This document shows, one piece after another, positions 50,382-63,224 of a stretch of DNA of 64,000 bases. Position numbers and translations under genes: made by a program. The notes under the pieces are model-generated. The model searched no databases. It saw only the letters and a program-made list of their open reading frames with translations, and was not told the DNA's origin. Numbering within the stretch: position 1 is the first letter of the stretch; each line of letters starts with the position of its first letter. Origin of the DNA: Octopus sinensis (lineage: Eukaryota); the NCBI RefSeq assembly GCF_006345805.1, contig NC_043002.1, positions 113,832,001-113,896,000 of the forward strand, in the 5' to 3' direction.

Positions 50382-51606
50382 AGAAAATTAAAGAAACCTG
50401 TCAATGTATATGGCACACGTGTGTGTGGAAGGGATGTATGCATGTATTATTCTTCCCATAACTTGACATCATAATAAGCAAATGTTGCCATCATGCATAC
50501 ACTGTCTATCATATTCAGTCTTTCACAAAAAAATGTCTGGTCATGGAAGAATATTACCTTAATAAGGAGACAGGTGAGGGTTGGTGACAGGAAGGGCATC
50601 CAGCTGTAGAAAATCTACCTCAACAAACACTGTCCCACCCATGCAAGCATGGAAAAGTGTACACTAAAATTGGCGATGATGATGAGTAAATAAGGTCATG
50701 TTATTAATTACCAGGTGAATGAGTTATATATTTACCCTTATATAACATTGATCTCAATATATACTTCAATTTAAATTATATTAATTAAAGTAAACTGGAA
50801 AATAAATTAGAAAGATTGTTTAAGTACTAGATAAACAACTAAATCACAAAAACAGAATTTTACAGTAATATCGACTTAAATTAATAACAACTTTCCAGTT
50901 TCCTCCCTCAAATTTAATTTCTAAAGGTCATTCTTAGGTTTAGAGAATATTTTATTTCTGTTTTCAATATATTTAGATGTGGCTGTGTGGTATGAAGCTT
51001 GCTTTCTAATCACAGGGCACCTTGGGCAAGTGTCTTCTGTTAAAAACCCAGATTAACTAAAGCCTTGGGGTGGATTTGGTAAACAGAAAGTGATTTAGTA
51101 GAAAGAAGAACGTATGAATGTATGAATGTACGTACATTGTGTTTATACCCCATCACCACCACTTGACAACAGGTGATCGTTTGCTTGCATCCCTGTAACT
51201 TAGCAGTTTGGCAAAAAAAAAGCAGATAGACTAAGTGGTTGGTTTTTTGAAAAAAAAAGTCCTGTGGTTGATTAGTTCAACTAAAATCCTTCATGGTGGT
51301 GCCCCAGCATGGCCACATTCTAATGACTGAAACAAGTAAAAAGGTTGAAAAGAGAAGAACAGCAAAACATAATAAGCACCATTTATAACAAGAACACACG
51401 TTTATTTCAACATCTGCTTTTGATCAAAGAACATAATGCAATTATTTGTGTAGTTAGCAGAATAATTTGATTCAATAGGTTACTTGCAAAAATTAATGGA
51501 GCACGTGTCAAAATTAGTCCCACACAAAATAATGCTTAGGATATGAATAAGCCAAAACATATTGCAACAAAGCACTATAAAGGACATTAATACAGATACA
51601 CACACG

Positions 51607-51640
<34 letters not shown>

Positions 51641-52254
51641 GTTGTGTCCAGTCTGTCATTTATTCACAGTTGGATGTACATAAACAAAACCCGTCTATAA
51701 GAATGGTGGAGTGGATTAAAGTGCTGTGCCAAGTGAAGAATAGAAAGAAAGGCAAAATGCCAAGGTAATAATTGAATAGAACATTAATTAAAGGTGCCAG
51801 ACTGAATTAACGAGTTACTCTACTTGTGCTGATACTGCCACCAAAATAGATGATTGCCTATTTACACTTGCTATTTTCCATTGATTGACCAATGGCTTTT
51901 CAAGCTGAAATACAACTAAAGTTTGGGTGGGACTCTGATATTTTTGGTTACTTTATTTTTACTGCCAACACACTATCTTATTTTGATTCTGAGAAAGAAA
52001 AAAAGAAAACTTATTTGGTTATCACAATACCATTCTAGGAGGCTTATTGTTTAGCTCAGTTAACAAAAAAAAAAAAAGAAGAAAAAAAACAGTGGGGTGG
52101 GTTGGACATAAAACTATAAGGTTCCCAAGTCAGTAAATATTAAGTTTTTAGTTTGGCCTATCTTCTAACTGGTCCCCAAAGACAAAGCCATTTTGCCAAG
52201 TATCTCATTTTACCATCAGCACTTTTAGTTTGTGGATAGAATCCAATTCTGTGT

Positions 52255-52450
52255 CCTCTTATTGGCTGTCAATAAATGTCAAACAATGCCTTCCACGCTT
52301 GTCAGTACCATGCTGTAGGTCCCAGAATATAAGTTTTGATGCTTCTTCTTCCTGGTGTTGCCTGCAATGACCTGATAAGTGGAGACATTGTTCTCTGATC
52401 TTGTTGGTCACTTTTGGAAGGCTTCCATAGAGTTGCTCACTGATCACATG
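52255..52450 (-). mobile_element. RTE-type LINE 3' fragment
   Basis: ORF ...LYGSLPKVTNKIREQCLHLSGHC...KLIFWDLQHG...RGR parallels the 54000-54473 protein. Confidence 0.7.
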
Positions 52451-52499
52451 CTATTGCCATTTTGCATCAGGGCCATTCAACATATCTAATGATATATTC

Positions 52500-53632
52500 T
52501 ATCATCATCATCGTTTAACGTCCATTTTCCGCGCTAGCACAGGTTGGACGGTTCGACCAGGGTCTGGAAGGCCAGGGGCTGAACCAGGCTCCAGTCTGAT
52601 CTGGCAGAGTTTCTACAGCTGGATGCCCTTCCTAACGCCAACCACTCCGCAAGTAGTGTAGTGGGTGCTTTTTACGTGCCACCTGCACAGGTGCCAGGGA
52701 GGTCCAGCATCGGCCACGATCGGTTGGTGCTTTTAACGTGCCACCGGCACAGAAGCCAGCCAAGGCGGAGCTGGCATCAGCCACGTTCGGATGGTGCTTT
52801 TTATGTGCCACCGGCACAGAAGGCAGTCGGGGCGGGGCTGGCATCAGCCACGTTCAGATGGTGCTTTTTATGTGCCACCGGCACAGAAGCCAGTCGAGGC
52901 GGTGCTGGCAACGGCAACGTTCGGATGGTGCTTTTTATGTGCCACCGGCACAGAAGCTAGTCGAGTCGGCGCTGGCAACGGCCACGTTCGGATGGTGCTT
53001 TTTATGTGCCACCGGCACAGAAGCCAGTCGGGGCTGCGCTGGCAACGGCCACGTTCGGATGGTGCTTTTTTATGTGCCACCGGCACTGGAGTCAGTCGAG
53101 GCAGCGCTGGCATCGCCCACGTTCGGATGGTGCTTTTTATGTGCCACCGGCACAGAAGCCGGTCGAGGCAGTGCTGGCATTGGCCACGTTCGGATGGTGC
53201 TTTTTATGTGCCACCGGCACAAAAGCCAGTCGAGTCGGCGCTGGCAACGGCCACGTTTGGATGGTGCTTTTTATGTGCCACCGGCACAGAAGCCAGTCGG
53301 GACGGCGCTGGCAACGGCCACGTTCGGATGGTGCTTTTTTATGTGCCACCGGCACTGGAGTCACTCGAGGCAGCGCTGGCATCGCCCACGTTTGGATGGT
53401 GCTTTTTATGTGCCACCGGCACAGAAGCCGGTCGAGGCAGTGCTGGCATTGGCCACGTTCGGATGGTGCTTTTTATGTGCCACCGGCACAAAAGCCAGTC
53501 GAGGCGGCGCTGGCAACGGCCACGTTCGGATGGTGCTTTTTATGTGCCACCGGCACTGGAGCCAGTCGAGGCAGCGCTGGCATCGGCCACGTTCGGATGG
53601 TACTTTTTATGTGCCACCGGCACAGAAGCCAA
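52500..53632 (-). repeat. Family-A (A2) element whose 5' tandem region is expanded to ~14 units of 67 bp with a 4-unit higher-order repeat
   Basis: Units start at 52726, 52793, 52860, 52927...; constant CCACGTTCGGATGGTGCTTTTTATGTGCCACCGGCAC plus a variable 30-mer; units 4-7 are repeated as 8-11. Confidence 0.95.
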
Positions 53633-53991
53633 CTCTAAAATTAAACTAAAATACACATACATAAACACACACACACAGTATCATCATTTAGTGTCTGCTT
53701 TCCATGCTGGCATGGGTCAGATGGGTTGACTGGAACTGGTAAGTCAGAGAGCTGCACCAAGTTCCAGTCTGATTTGGCATGGTTTCTACAGCTTTCATAT
53801 ATGTCAACCAAATTCTACTAATAACTGCAAAGGTGTATAAGCCAACTTGAAGTCATGGTAAAAAAAAAAACCCACTTGCCCAAGATGCTGAACAATGGAA
53901 TGAAACTCTAAAGCAAAATCCAAAAGTAATGTCTCTCCAATTACTTCTAATGAGCTTAGAAATGTTACATACTAGCATTGCTATAACTAAT

Positions 53992-54484
53992 GTAATGACA
54001 TGCATAAGATCTGGTCATCAAATCTAAGTAGAGACCTCAAACTTGAAATCTTCAGAGCCACAGTCGAACCAATTCTACTATATGGCTCAGAAACCTGGAC
54101 GTTATCAAAGAAGCTTGAGAGGCGGTTGGATGGAACCTACACTCGCCTCCTTATGAGAGCTCAAAATCTCTCGTCGAAGCGCCATCCAACCAAAATGCAA
54201 ATATATGGGAAACTACCACCTGTGTCATCTCTTGTGAAAGGTAAGAGAGTCCAGTTTGCTGGACATTGTTGTAGAGCTGAAAAAGAGGTAATTTCTACTC
54301 TTCTCCTCTGGAAGCCATCTACTCGCAATACCAGAGGGCGCACACTCTCCTACCCTGATGTAATCTCCAGGGATACAGGCATCCAGCAACAGGACCTCCG
54401 TAATGCTATGATGGACCATGAAGTCTGGCGTAACATAGTGAATTCCATTGTCTCGACCACGGTCAAACAATGATGATGATGATG
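53992..54484 (+). mobile_element. 5'-truncated RTE-clade LINE with an open C-terminal frame, (TGA)n tail and 9-bp TSD
   Basis: 157-aa ORF ...IFRATVEPILLYGSETWTL...QFAGHCCR...; ataactaat at 53983-53991 and 54485-54493. Confidence 0.9.
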
Positions 54485-57400
54485 ATAACTAATTAACAGT
54501 GTAAAAACTGAAATAATTCCCAAAACATGCAAGATAACCTCTTCAATGGAATAGTAATGATTTATGGCATTAATTTCAAGTTCCACACCTGTTTTATCCC
54601 TAAGTCACCATCAGTATCTCACATATTTCCTAGTCACCTGTATAAAGGTTTCTTAAAGATGCTAATAAATAAAATTAACATACAGGAGATGTCAAATATG
54701 GTGTTGATTTAAGAGAAAGTGAGAGAGATAGGGAGGAATATAATCTTGAATGTAGGTATGTTTACTTACTATAAAGTTTTTCAGATTGTATGTTTGTGGT
54801 GTGTGAGAGTATGTGTGTATGTTAGCTTGTAAATGTTTGGATGTAATAGCTTGCGTTTATGAACAAGGCTATATTCATGATTATGTACATACATGAATAC
54901 AAAGAGACACAGGCAGAAACCCACAAAGGGAGATAAGGGTACAAGCAGATTGCAGAAAACATTACTATCAAATAATGAAAGAAAGTAAACAGATAAGTAT
55001 TCCAATTCTTAAGAATTAGAAATATTATTATAGTATTGGTTTACTCTTATCTGAATGACACACAGACACAAGTTACACAAGTAGATAGCCATAATAAAAT
55101 ACCACTGCTCAGACTACAATGAATATATTATCACTATGTAAGAAGCTGGCATACTGCATACACTAAAATATAATTTAGTGAATCTATTTTTAATCTGCTT
55201 GACATTAACTTATTGTTATAACCGGGTGATTAGATATTGCAGCAGATTCAAATGTTTACAGTGAAACCCTCTTTATAACTGATGTTGCTACAGCTGTTTA
55301 GCACGAGGTCCTCACCAACCAAACAGACATATAATCAAAGGTGTTCTGGCTATTATCACTTCATCCTTCTGTCAACCACTGTGTATCTAGGACTACATTA
55401 TACAATATGCCATCTCGCCCTTCTTTTTTTAAAACAGTAAGGTGTAATTTGAGAATGATTTGGCTGTTATTCGTAGCAGGTTGGATGACCACACAGAGAC
55501 TCTTTTAAATGGCTAATCTTTTCCAATAGTAAATAATTTTAGTAGCATGCCAACTGATCAGTTACTAACATAATCAACCAATGTCTTTAACTATCAAGTC
55601 TTTAGGAAATGGTTTGTTTTTAAATATGGATAGAACAAAGAAGTATAAATCAAGTGTATGGTAAGGAAGAAATAGTAAGGGTGTTAAGGATTACAATAAA
55701 AATTATTCTGGGGAAAATTTGTACACACCCATTGTACAGGTAGATTTTACAATATGCCCAAAAGTTATGATAGCACCAGAGATGAAAATAGTCTTCAAAA
55801 TTAGAGTCTGTTTATATTAAATATTTATATCATGAGAGTTCTGTAAAAAACAAGAAGATGGCAGGAAAGTTAATACTCCAAATTTGAATAATTGCTAACC
55901 AAAATACCTAATAAATAATATCATTAGTACAGACGTTAAGCATAAAAGAGGAAGGTGAGAAGTAAATGTAAGGTGTGTACGCTTACTCATGTTTCCATTA
56001 CTGAACAACAGATGGCAGATAACTTGGTAGTAACACTACCAGCAACTTACTATAAGATGAAGGTTTAGTAACAGATTTATTCAATAATAGACTAAACAGA
56101 ACTGGAGGATGATGAAGAGGGTGAAAACAGGTAAAGCAAGTAATTAAGGGTAACCTGATTAGATTAAATGACTTGAGGTATTTACTAGTCTCCACATCTG
56201 GTGTTTAATTCCCAGTGAAATTAACTTTGTAGTTCCACCTTCTGAAGTCAATAAAATGTGTATTGCATGTGTACCGAGATTGAGTTCATTGACTACACAC
56301 TTCTACAGCGTGTTTTACTTTTCTTTTCTTTTTTCCTAAATTACTTACCCAGAAGAAGAAAAGCAGTGTCCAAGATCTTTTTGAGGGGTTCTATGATATT
56401 AGTTTATGCCAATACAAAAAATGATTATAAAAACCATGCCAAAACAGACACAAAAGCCTGGTGTAGTCTTCTACCTGGCCAGTTCCTGTCAAACTGTCCA
56501 ATCCATGCCAGCATGGAAAGTGAAGGTTAAATGATGATGATGATGATGATGAATTCAAGCTTTATCAAAAGGTGGGTTTATTGTCTGCATCTTTTCAAAA
56601 GGCCTAAATTATATCCACAACAATGCCACTTAATTCATAAAAACTTATGTCCCTTAAATCTAAATCTAAGTACTATAAGATTCTGAGAAAAAACAACTCA
56701 TTTTGGAATACTGAACAATTAACTCCCAGCCAAGGTGAGTCTATATTTATGACAGGATTGATAAGACTGAAATGCCAGGTATTTAAATGGAAGAAGATAT
56801 AGAATAAAGGTGAACAGTAACGTAAAATTAGGAAAAGAGCCAGGTCTTCAGTTATTTTGGCAGAATATTCGTGTTGGTTCAAGCTAACAAACAGAAAAAC
56901 CTATTCGAAGACAAAATAATTATATTGATCACAATCAATAAACACATGAAATTTCTTTTTAATTGTGAGAATGATGAAATATGATGCAAATAATTTGAGT
57001 TGAAATGGAGTAAATAATATTTAGAGAAACAAGACCACTATTACTTTCAGGAAATTTAGATTTAATAAGATGAAGGCAGTAAAATACCTAGTAGAAAAAT
57101 GTACTGCCCTGGGGCACAAAGACATGTTCTGCTATTGTTTAAACCATTTTCTGAGTCAGAAATGGGTGAAGTTTTGCAAATTTGTTTAACTTCTGAGATA
57201 TTTTCAGAAGTTGAACAAGGTGTTTCCTGTTAATAACCATTCATTTGGAAAAGCAGTGACAGAACCTACTATCAATCATGTACTCTGAAGAAAAGAGTTA
57301 TATGTTTAACTGAGAGACACAACATAATTCTTTTAATAGTATTTCACCTTTATAGTCAGTAAATCAGATAATTAATTCTTCAGCCATTAGACCCCTAAAG

Positions 57401-57914
57401 AGTTTCTTTTAGATCCTATGAAAACATAAGATTTGATATATTAACTATGAAATGTTTACACACACACACACACACTATGATAAGTGAACAAATTTTTCCT
57501 TAAAGAAAGTAAATGTAAGAGAATAAGAAACTTTTTGGAACTTTGTACACAAATGTTTCTTAATAAATAAAGAATACAAAATACCAATACTGTTATCTTT
57601 CCCTTCTAATATCTGAATATATATTAATATATTAATATTTATAGCACAAAAATTCCTTTGCAGGATGCATAATGCCAAATTCCAACAGATAGATGACATT
57701 CCAATAGTTATATTTTGGGTTAAACAGACCAAGTTCTAGATATCAGATCAAGAATTTCGAATTATTTTTAACCTTAAAATTAACTCCGTAAGCCAGTGGT
57801 TAACATATTTGATGCATGAAGTTCACAAAAACAGATCAGAAATAGATATGTAGAGAAAATATATATAATGGCCACAGCTCATTAGCTGAAACTGGAAAAA
57901 TCAAAATCATATAG

Positions 57915-58338
57915 GTGAAGGTGTGGCTGGGTGGTAAAATGCTTGCTTCCCAACCACATGGTTCTGGGTTCAGTCCCACTGCGTGGCATCTTGCACAAGT
58001 GTCTTCTACTGTAGTTTTGGGCCAACCAAAGCCTTATGAGTGGAATTGGTAGACGGAAACTGAAAGAAGCCCGTTGTGCATACACACACACACACACACA
58101 CACATATATGTATATTTATGTGTGTCTGTCTGTCTGTGTTTGTTTCCCCACCATTGGTTGACAACTGATGTTGGTGTGTTTATGTCCCCGTAACTTAGTA
58201 ATTCGCAAAAGTAACTGATAGAATAAGTACTAGGCTTACAAAGAACAAGTCTTGGGGTTAATTTCTTCAACTAAAACCCTTTAAGGTAGTGCTCCAGCAT
58301 GGCTGCAGTCAAATGATTGAAACAAGTAAAAGAATAAA
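57915..58338 (+). mobile_element. SINE family B
   Basis: B head, (CA)n, and tail ggctgcagtcaaatgattgaaacaagtaaaagaataaa. Confidence 0.85.
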
Positions 58339-59251
58339 TGAATATATATATATATATTATTAGGAAATGGCTACAATGGTTTTCGTTTTCCCCTGTCAAA
58401 CAGAAGAGACAATGTAAGACATAATATTAAATAATGGTTTCCAATTTTGGCACAAGGCCAACAGTTTTAGAAGGGAATAGTCAATGATACTGACCCAGTA
58501 TTCATCTTATATTTATTGTATTGATCTCAAAAAGATGAAAGGCAAAGTTGACCTTGGTGAAATTGAAACTCAGAATGCAATGAATTGGAAGAAATGCCTT
58601 TAAGCAATTGGTTCAGCATACTAATGGTTCTGCCAGCTCACTACCTAAATTTTAACTTTAAATAATGATGGTTATACTTTGCTTTTGATGTCAGAATAAT
58701 ACCGAAACTTGTCTGGGATTGTCTCCCTTGGAAAATTGAAAATAACATCAAACATTGACTTGTGTTTATTTCACTACATAAAAACGTACATAAAAAAGTA
58801 ACGATTTCCGTATTGTCATAAATATGACAACTTTTAATTACTTAAATTATAAACAATTCTATTTTCTTTTGCCAACAAATATCTTAGTGATTCTTTCATC
58901 ACTGCTTTGCAAGTATAGAGAAGGTTATTATGCCTAGCATATCAAGTCAAAATTGGACCAAAACTGGTTTATACTTGTCAGAAAAATGAAAAGAATATTA
59001 GTCATCGACTAATACATTTTTTTTAGCCTTTTGTTTTTTAAATGTTTTCCTCCTCTTTTCCATCGCATATTCATTTGAAATAAACCTTTTGATGCTTCCT
59101 ACATTAATACATTGACACTGACGTATTGTCTTCCATGTGGATGGCGTTTCTGATTCAGCCAATTTATTAGATTAAAAATTTGTACAAAACAAACGGGACA
59201 ACTGAAGAACATATAATTGAATTAACATTAAGTGGCTGAGTTTACCATAGA

Positions 59252-59650
59252 CAGGCGCAGGAGTGGCTGTGTGGTAAGTAGCTTGCTAACCAACCACATG
59301 GTTCCGGGTTCAGTCCCACTGTGTGGCATCTTGGGCAAGTGTCTTCTGCTATAGCCCCGGGCCGACCAATGCCTTGTGAGTTGATTTAGTAGACGGAAAC
59401 TGATAGAAGCCTGTCGTATATATGTATATATATATATATATGTGTGTGTGTATGTGTTTGTGTGTCTGTGTTTGTCCCCCTAGTGCTGGTGTGTTTACGT
59501 CCCCGTCACTTAGCGGTTCGGCAAAAGAGACCGATAGAATAAGTACTGGGCTTACAAAGAATAAGTCCCGGGGTCGATTTGCTCGACTAAAAAGGCGGTG
59601 CTCCAGCATGGCCGCAGTCAATTGACTGAAACCAGTAAAAGAGTAAAAGA
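59252..59650 (+). mobile_element. SINE family B, full length
   Basis: ggcgcaggagtggctgtgtgg ... gaaaccagtaaaagagtaaaagag. Confidence 0.9.
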
Positions 59651-60127
59651 GTATGTATTCTTAATATAATCCTCAGGCAGAGTCAGAGAGGCAAGACTGA
59701 ACCTCTCATTTAAAAGTGCAATTAACCTGAGGGTAGGGACTTCCACAGTTTCCATCAACTCAGCTTTACTCAAAGGCTTGATTGATCTAAGACTAAAAGC
59801 ACAGATACTTGCCCCCAAGATACCATGCAGTGGAATTGAACCAAGAACTTTGTAATTGTTAAGCAAATTTCTTAACCATCCAGTCATGCATCTACAAAAA
59901 CTTACTTAGTTTGGAAAAATATAATGTAGACTGAAAAAAACACGAGCAACAATGAGGTGCAATTGTGTCTAAGAGGTTCAGAAGTTTGCTTCCTAACCAT
60001 ATAGTCTTGGGTTCAGTCCTGCTGCCTTGCACCTATGGCAAGTGTCTTCTACTATTGCTCCAGGTCACCAAAACTGAAAGAAACTCATCATATACATACA
60101 TATATACATGTGTGTGTGTGTACACAT

Positions 60128-60366
60128 ATCATCATCATCGTTTAACGTCCGCTTTCCATGCTAGCATGGGTTAGACGGTTCAACTGGGGTCTGGGAAGCC
60201 AGAAGGCTGCACCAGGCCAGTCAGATCTGGCAGAGTTTCTACAGCTGGATGCCCTTCCTAACGCCAACCACTCCGTGAGTGTAGTGGGTGCTTTTTATGT
60301 GCCACCGACACAAGTGCCAGACGAGGCTGGTGAATGGCCACGCTCGGATGGTGTTTTTTACGTGCC
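60128..60366 (-). mobile_element. Family-A element inserted in the microsatellite of an old B head
   Basis: B-like head at 59955-60120, then catcatcatcgtttaacgtccgc... Confidence 0.8.
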
Positions 60367-60414
60367 ATACATATATATGTATGTATTATGTATCTATATA
60401 TGTGTTTTTGTGTG

Positions 60415-60740
60415 AGGGCACGTGGCTTAGTGGTTAGAGCAGACAGCTTATGATTGTAAGATTGTGAGTTCGATTCCCGGTAACGTGGTGTCCATGAGCA
60501 AGACACTTTATTTCACGTTGCTCCAGTCCACTTAGCTGGCAAAAATGAGTAGTACCTGTATTTCTAAAAGAGTCCAGCCTTGTCACACTCTGTGTCATGC
60601 TGAATCCCCTTGTGAACTACGTTAAGGGTACATGTGTCTGTGGAGTACTCAGCCACTTGCACGTTAATTTCACAAGCAAGCTGTTCTGTTGATCGTATCA
60701 GCTGGGACCTGCGTCATCATAACCGACAGAGTGCTCCTTT
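60415..60740 (+). mobile_element. SINE family E (tRNA-like head, CORE-like domain, E-type tail)
   Basis: gggcacgtggcttagtggttagagc...gagttcgattcccgg; gtgtccatgagcaagacactttatttcacgttgctccagtccacttagctggcaaaaatgagta resembles the CORE domain. Confidence 0.75.
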
Positions 60741-61217
60741 TATGTGTCTTTGTATCTGTCCTCCAGCATCACTTGACAACCAGTGTTGCTTTGTTTATGT
60801 CCCTGTAAGTCAGCAGTTCTGCAACAGAGACTGCCAGAATAAGTACCAGGTTTAAAAAATAAAAAGTACTGGGGTCTATTTGTTTGACAAAACTCTTCAA
60901 GGTGGTGCACAGGTATGGTTGCAGTCCAATGACTGAAACAAGAAGACTAAAGGTAAATTAATTATTGAAAATATATAACATTATATGCAGCAGAGGTACC
61001 ATGATTTAATATTATCTTTGTTTCAATACTGGGTTTCATCCTGGGTTTACCTGTAATCAACAGTGGGTTCTTTAGATTTATTTCTGTCAGTTTTAAATAT
61101 CTCAAGTTTAGTAAAATTTTCCTGCTTTTATTATCAGTCTAAGTATTGAACACAATCATAGAGAAGTTATTCACTGCACTGCAACTGCTGCTATTGTTAT
61201 TATTATTATTATTATTA

Positions 61218-61553
61218 TTGAGTGAGAGAGCAGTTCATGCCATCAAAGTGACACTGGGGTAAAATAAACGAAGCCCAGTATACCCATCATGATTACCCGT
61301 CTGAGAAGGGTACACCAGGCACATGCATCGCAACCATATGTGCGTGACATGGTGATCTCATAACAAGATAAACAGCACATGACCTTGCAGGTGGGGCCCA
61401 GTTAGAAATTTCTTCTGGTCGGGTAGCCCATCCCACTCAAAAGGTCCCTGATTAAGGGTTGTTTAAGGATGTTGAACGAAACACCCATGTTTCCAGAGGT
61501 GAATTATTCAAACCCCAAAGAATCCCTCTCAACACATGGCTATGATGCTCCCC

Positions 61554-61555
<2 letters not shown>
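61218..61555 (-). mobile_element. Putative SINE (family G) embedded in (TAA)n
   Basis: Complex 340-bp segment flanked on both sides by (TTA)n; on the minus strand it begins ggggagcatcatagccatgtgttgagagg. Single copy in the window. Confidence 0.45.
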
Positions 61556-61600
<45 letters not shown>

Positions 61601-61601
61601 G

Positions 61602-62007
61602 TTATTGCCTTTGCACAGCTTCTAACGCTGGAGATGTACTACAGTGTCAGCTGTTCACTACCAGTGAACTAAAGCAACACCTCTTGTTTTTCGAGCACCT
61701 TCCAGAGTATTCGAGCGGTTCAAAGCAGAGCTGTTTTCTGCAAGTGCTCCACCCTTATTTGTTCCACGTACTTCTCGAGATTTTTGCTCACTGTTCCCAG
61801 GGCTCTTACAATTATTGGTACTACTGCTACCTTTTTCATTGACCACAACTGCTTAACATCCCAAGCTAACCTGTCATATCTCTCAACTTTTCTTTCTTCC
61901 TTATCGCATACCTTGTTGTCAGCTGGGCATGCTATATCTATGATCCAGCATAGTTTGTTTTCTTTCTCAATTAACACTATGTCCGGCTTCCTATTCTCAA
62001 CCTCATA
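61602..62007 (-). mobile_element. R4/Dong-like non-LTR retrotransposon 3' end (restriction-like endonuclease domain)
   Basis: ENRKPDIVLIEKENKLCWIIDIACP...KVERYDRL...VVPIIVRALG...LQKTALL (RLE PD..D..K motif); flanked by (TAA)n on both sides. Confidence 0.8.
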
Positions 62008-62046
62008 GTATTATTATTATTATTATTATTATTATGATTATTATTA

Positions 62047-62500
62047 AAGCAGAAAGCTGACAGAATTGTTAGCATGTTGGATAAAATGCTAAGTGGTATT
62101 TCGCCCATCACTGTTCTGAGTTCAAATTCTGTTGAGGTCAACTTTGCCTTTCATCCTTTTGGAGTCAATATAATAAGTACCAGTTAAACACTGGGATTGA
62201 TGTAATCAGCTCATCCCCTCCCACCAAAATTGCTGCCCTTGTGGCAAAATTTGAAATTATTATTATTATGATTATTATTATTAAGGCAGCAGGCTGGCAG
62301 AATCGTTAGCACGCTGGATGAAATGCTTAGTGGTGTTTTGCCAGTCACTACAATCTGAGTTCAAATTCTGCCGAGGTTGACTTTGTCTTTCATCCTTTCA
62401 GGGGTGATGAAATAAGTACCAGTTGAGCACTGGGGTCGATGTAATCAACTACCCCGCCTCCAAAATTTCAGGCCTTGTGCCTTTAATAGAAAGGATTATT
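62047..62500 (+). mobile_element. Two family-D SINEs (D3 then D2) separated and flanked by (TTA)n
   Basis: D heads at about 62047 and 62284; tails gtggcaaaatttgaa(att)n and ggccttgtgcctttaatagaaagg(att)n. Confidence 0.85.
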
Positions 62501-62513
62501 ATTATTATTATAA

Positions 62514-62553
<40 letters not shown>

Positions 62554-63224
62554 TTCACATAGCTCTTGATTTTAATTGCTCCAATTAATTCTGTGAGAGC
62601 GTGGAGAGCAACCTGTTGAGAAAAGACTTACAGGGTCTCTTTCCATGATACTTAACACCCAACTACATTACTACTACTACTACTAGTAATTATCGTTATT
62701 ATTGAGGTCCTTGGCAAGAGTGGCAGATTGCAAAATTTTAAAGCATCAAACAATAAACCTATTCACATACCTAATTGATACCAAGCTTGCTATATATATT
62801 AGTGGGGTACCACTTTATAATTTTATAATTTGATGTTTTTTACAAATTTCAACATCAGCCTACTGATGAGGCAATTATTGTTTTAACGGACACCCTGATT
62901 AGTACTAACCTTTCAAGTGTGAAGTAAGATAAGAGTGGAGCCTGTTGTTAGTCAAACACACTATACTAAGGTCACAAGATTACCAAGTGAAATTACATGA
63001 CACATGCTGGACAGGGACACACATACACATGTATATGCAAGCACATTTAGAATAGAGATTATGTAAGTACAAGTCAGTAGGGTAGGAGATAACTAGCTGA
63101 GAGGTTGACAATTCATATCAGAGCCAAGTGTCTTTATTCTCAGTTTATCCAGCTGTAGATAAGTACAATAGAATGAAGGAAGTCAGCCCCTGTAAGCAGT
63201 AGTGGCTTAGTAAAATCCTTTCTA

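Noticed and set aside
52726-53632. CRISPR-like repeat-spacer appearance
   Set aside because: The variable blocks are all homologous to each other, the array lies inside a eukaryotic retroposon, and there are no cas genes.
52738-53729. 303-, 312- and 210-aa ORFs rich in Cys/His
   Set aside because: They are translations of the stop-free 67-bp monomer in all three frames; the same peptides appear at every family-A copy.
62630-62646. Minus-strand ATG GAA AGA GAC CCT|GTAAGT as a start exon
   Set aside because: The phase-0 donor is incompatible with the phase-1 acceptor at 17845.
62863-62890. CTGATGAG followed by a short stem, resembling a hammerhead ribozyme core; also ctgacga at the 22.9-kb D junctions
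   Set aside because: The required GAAA and stems I/III are absent.
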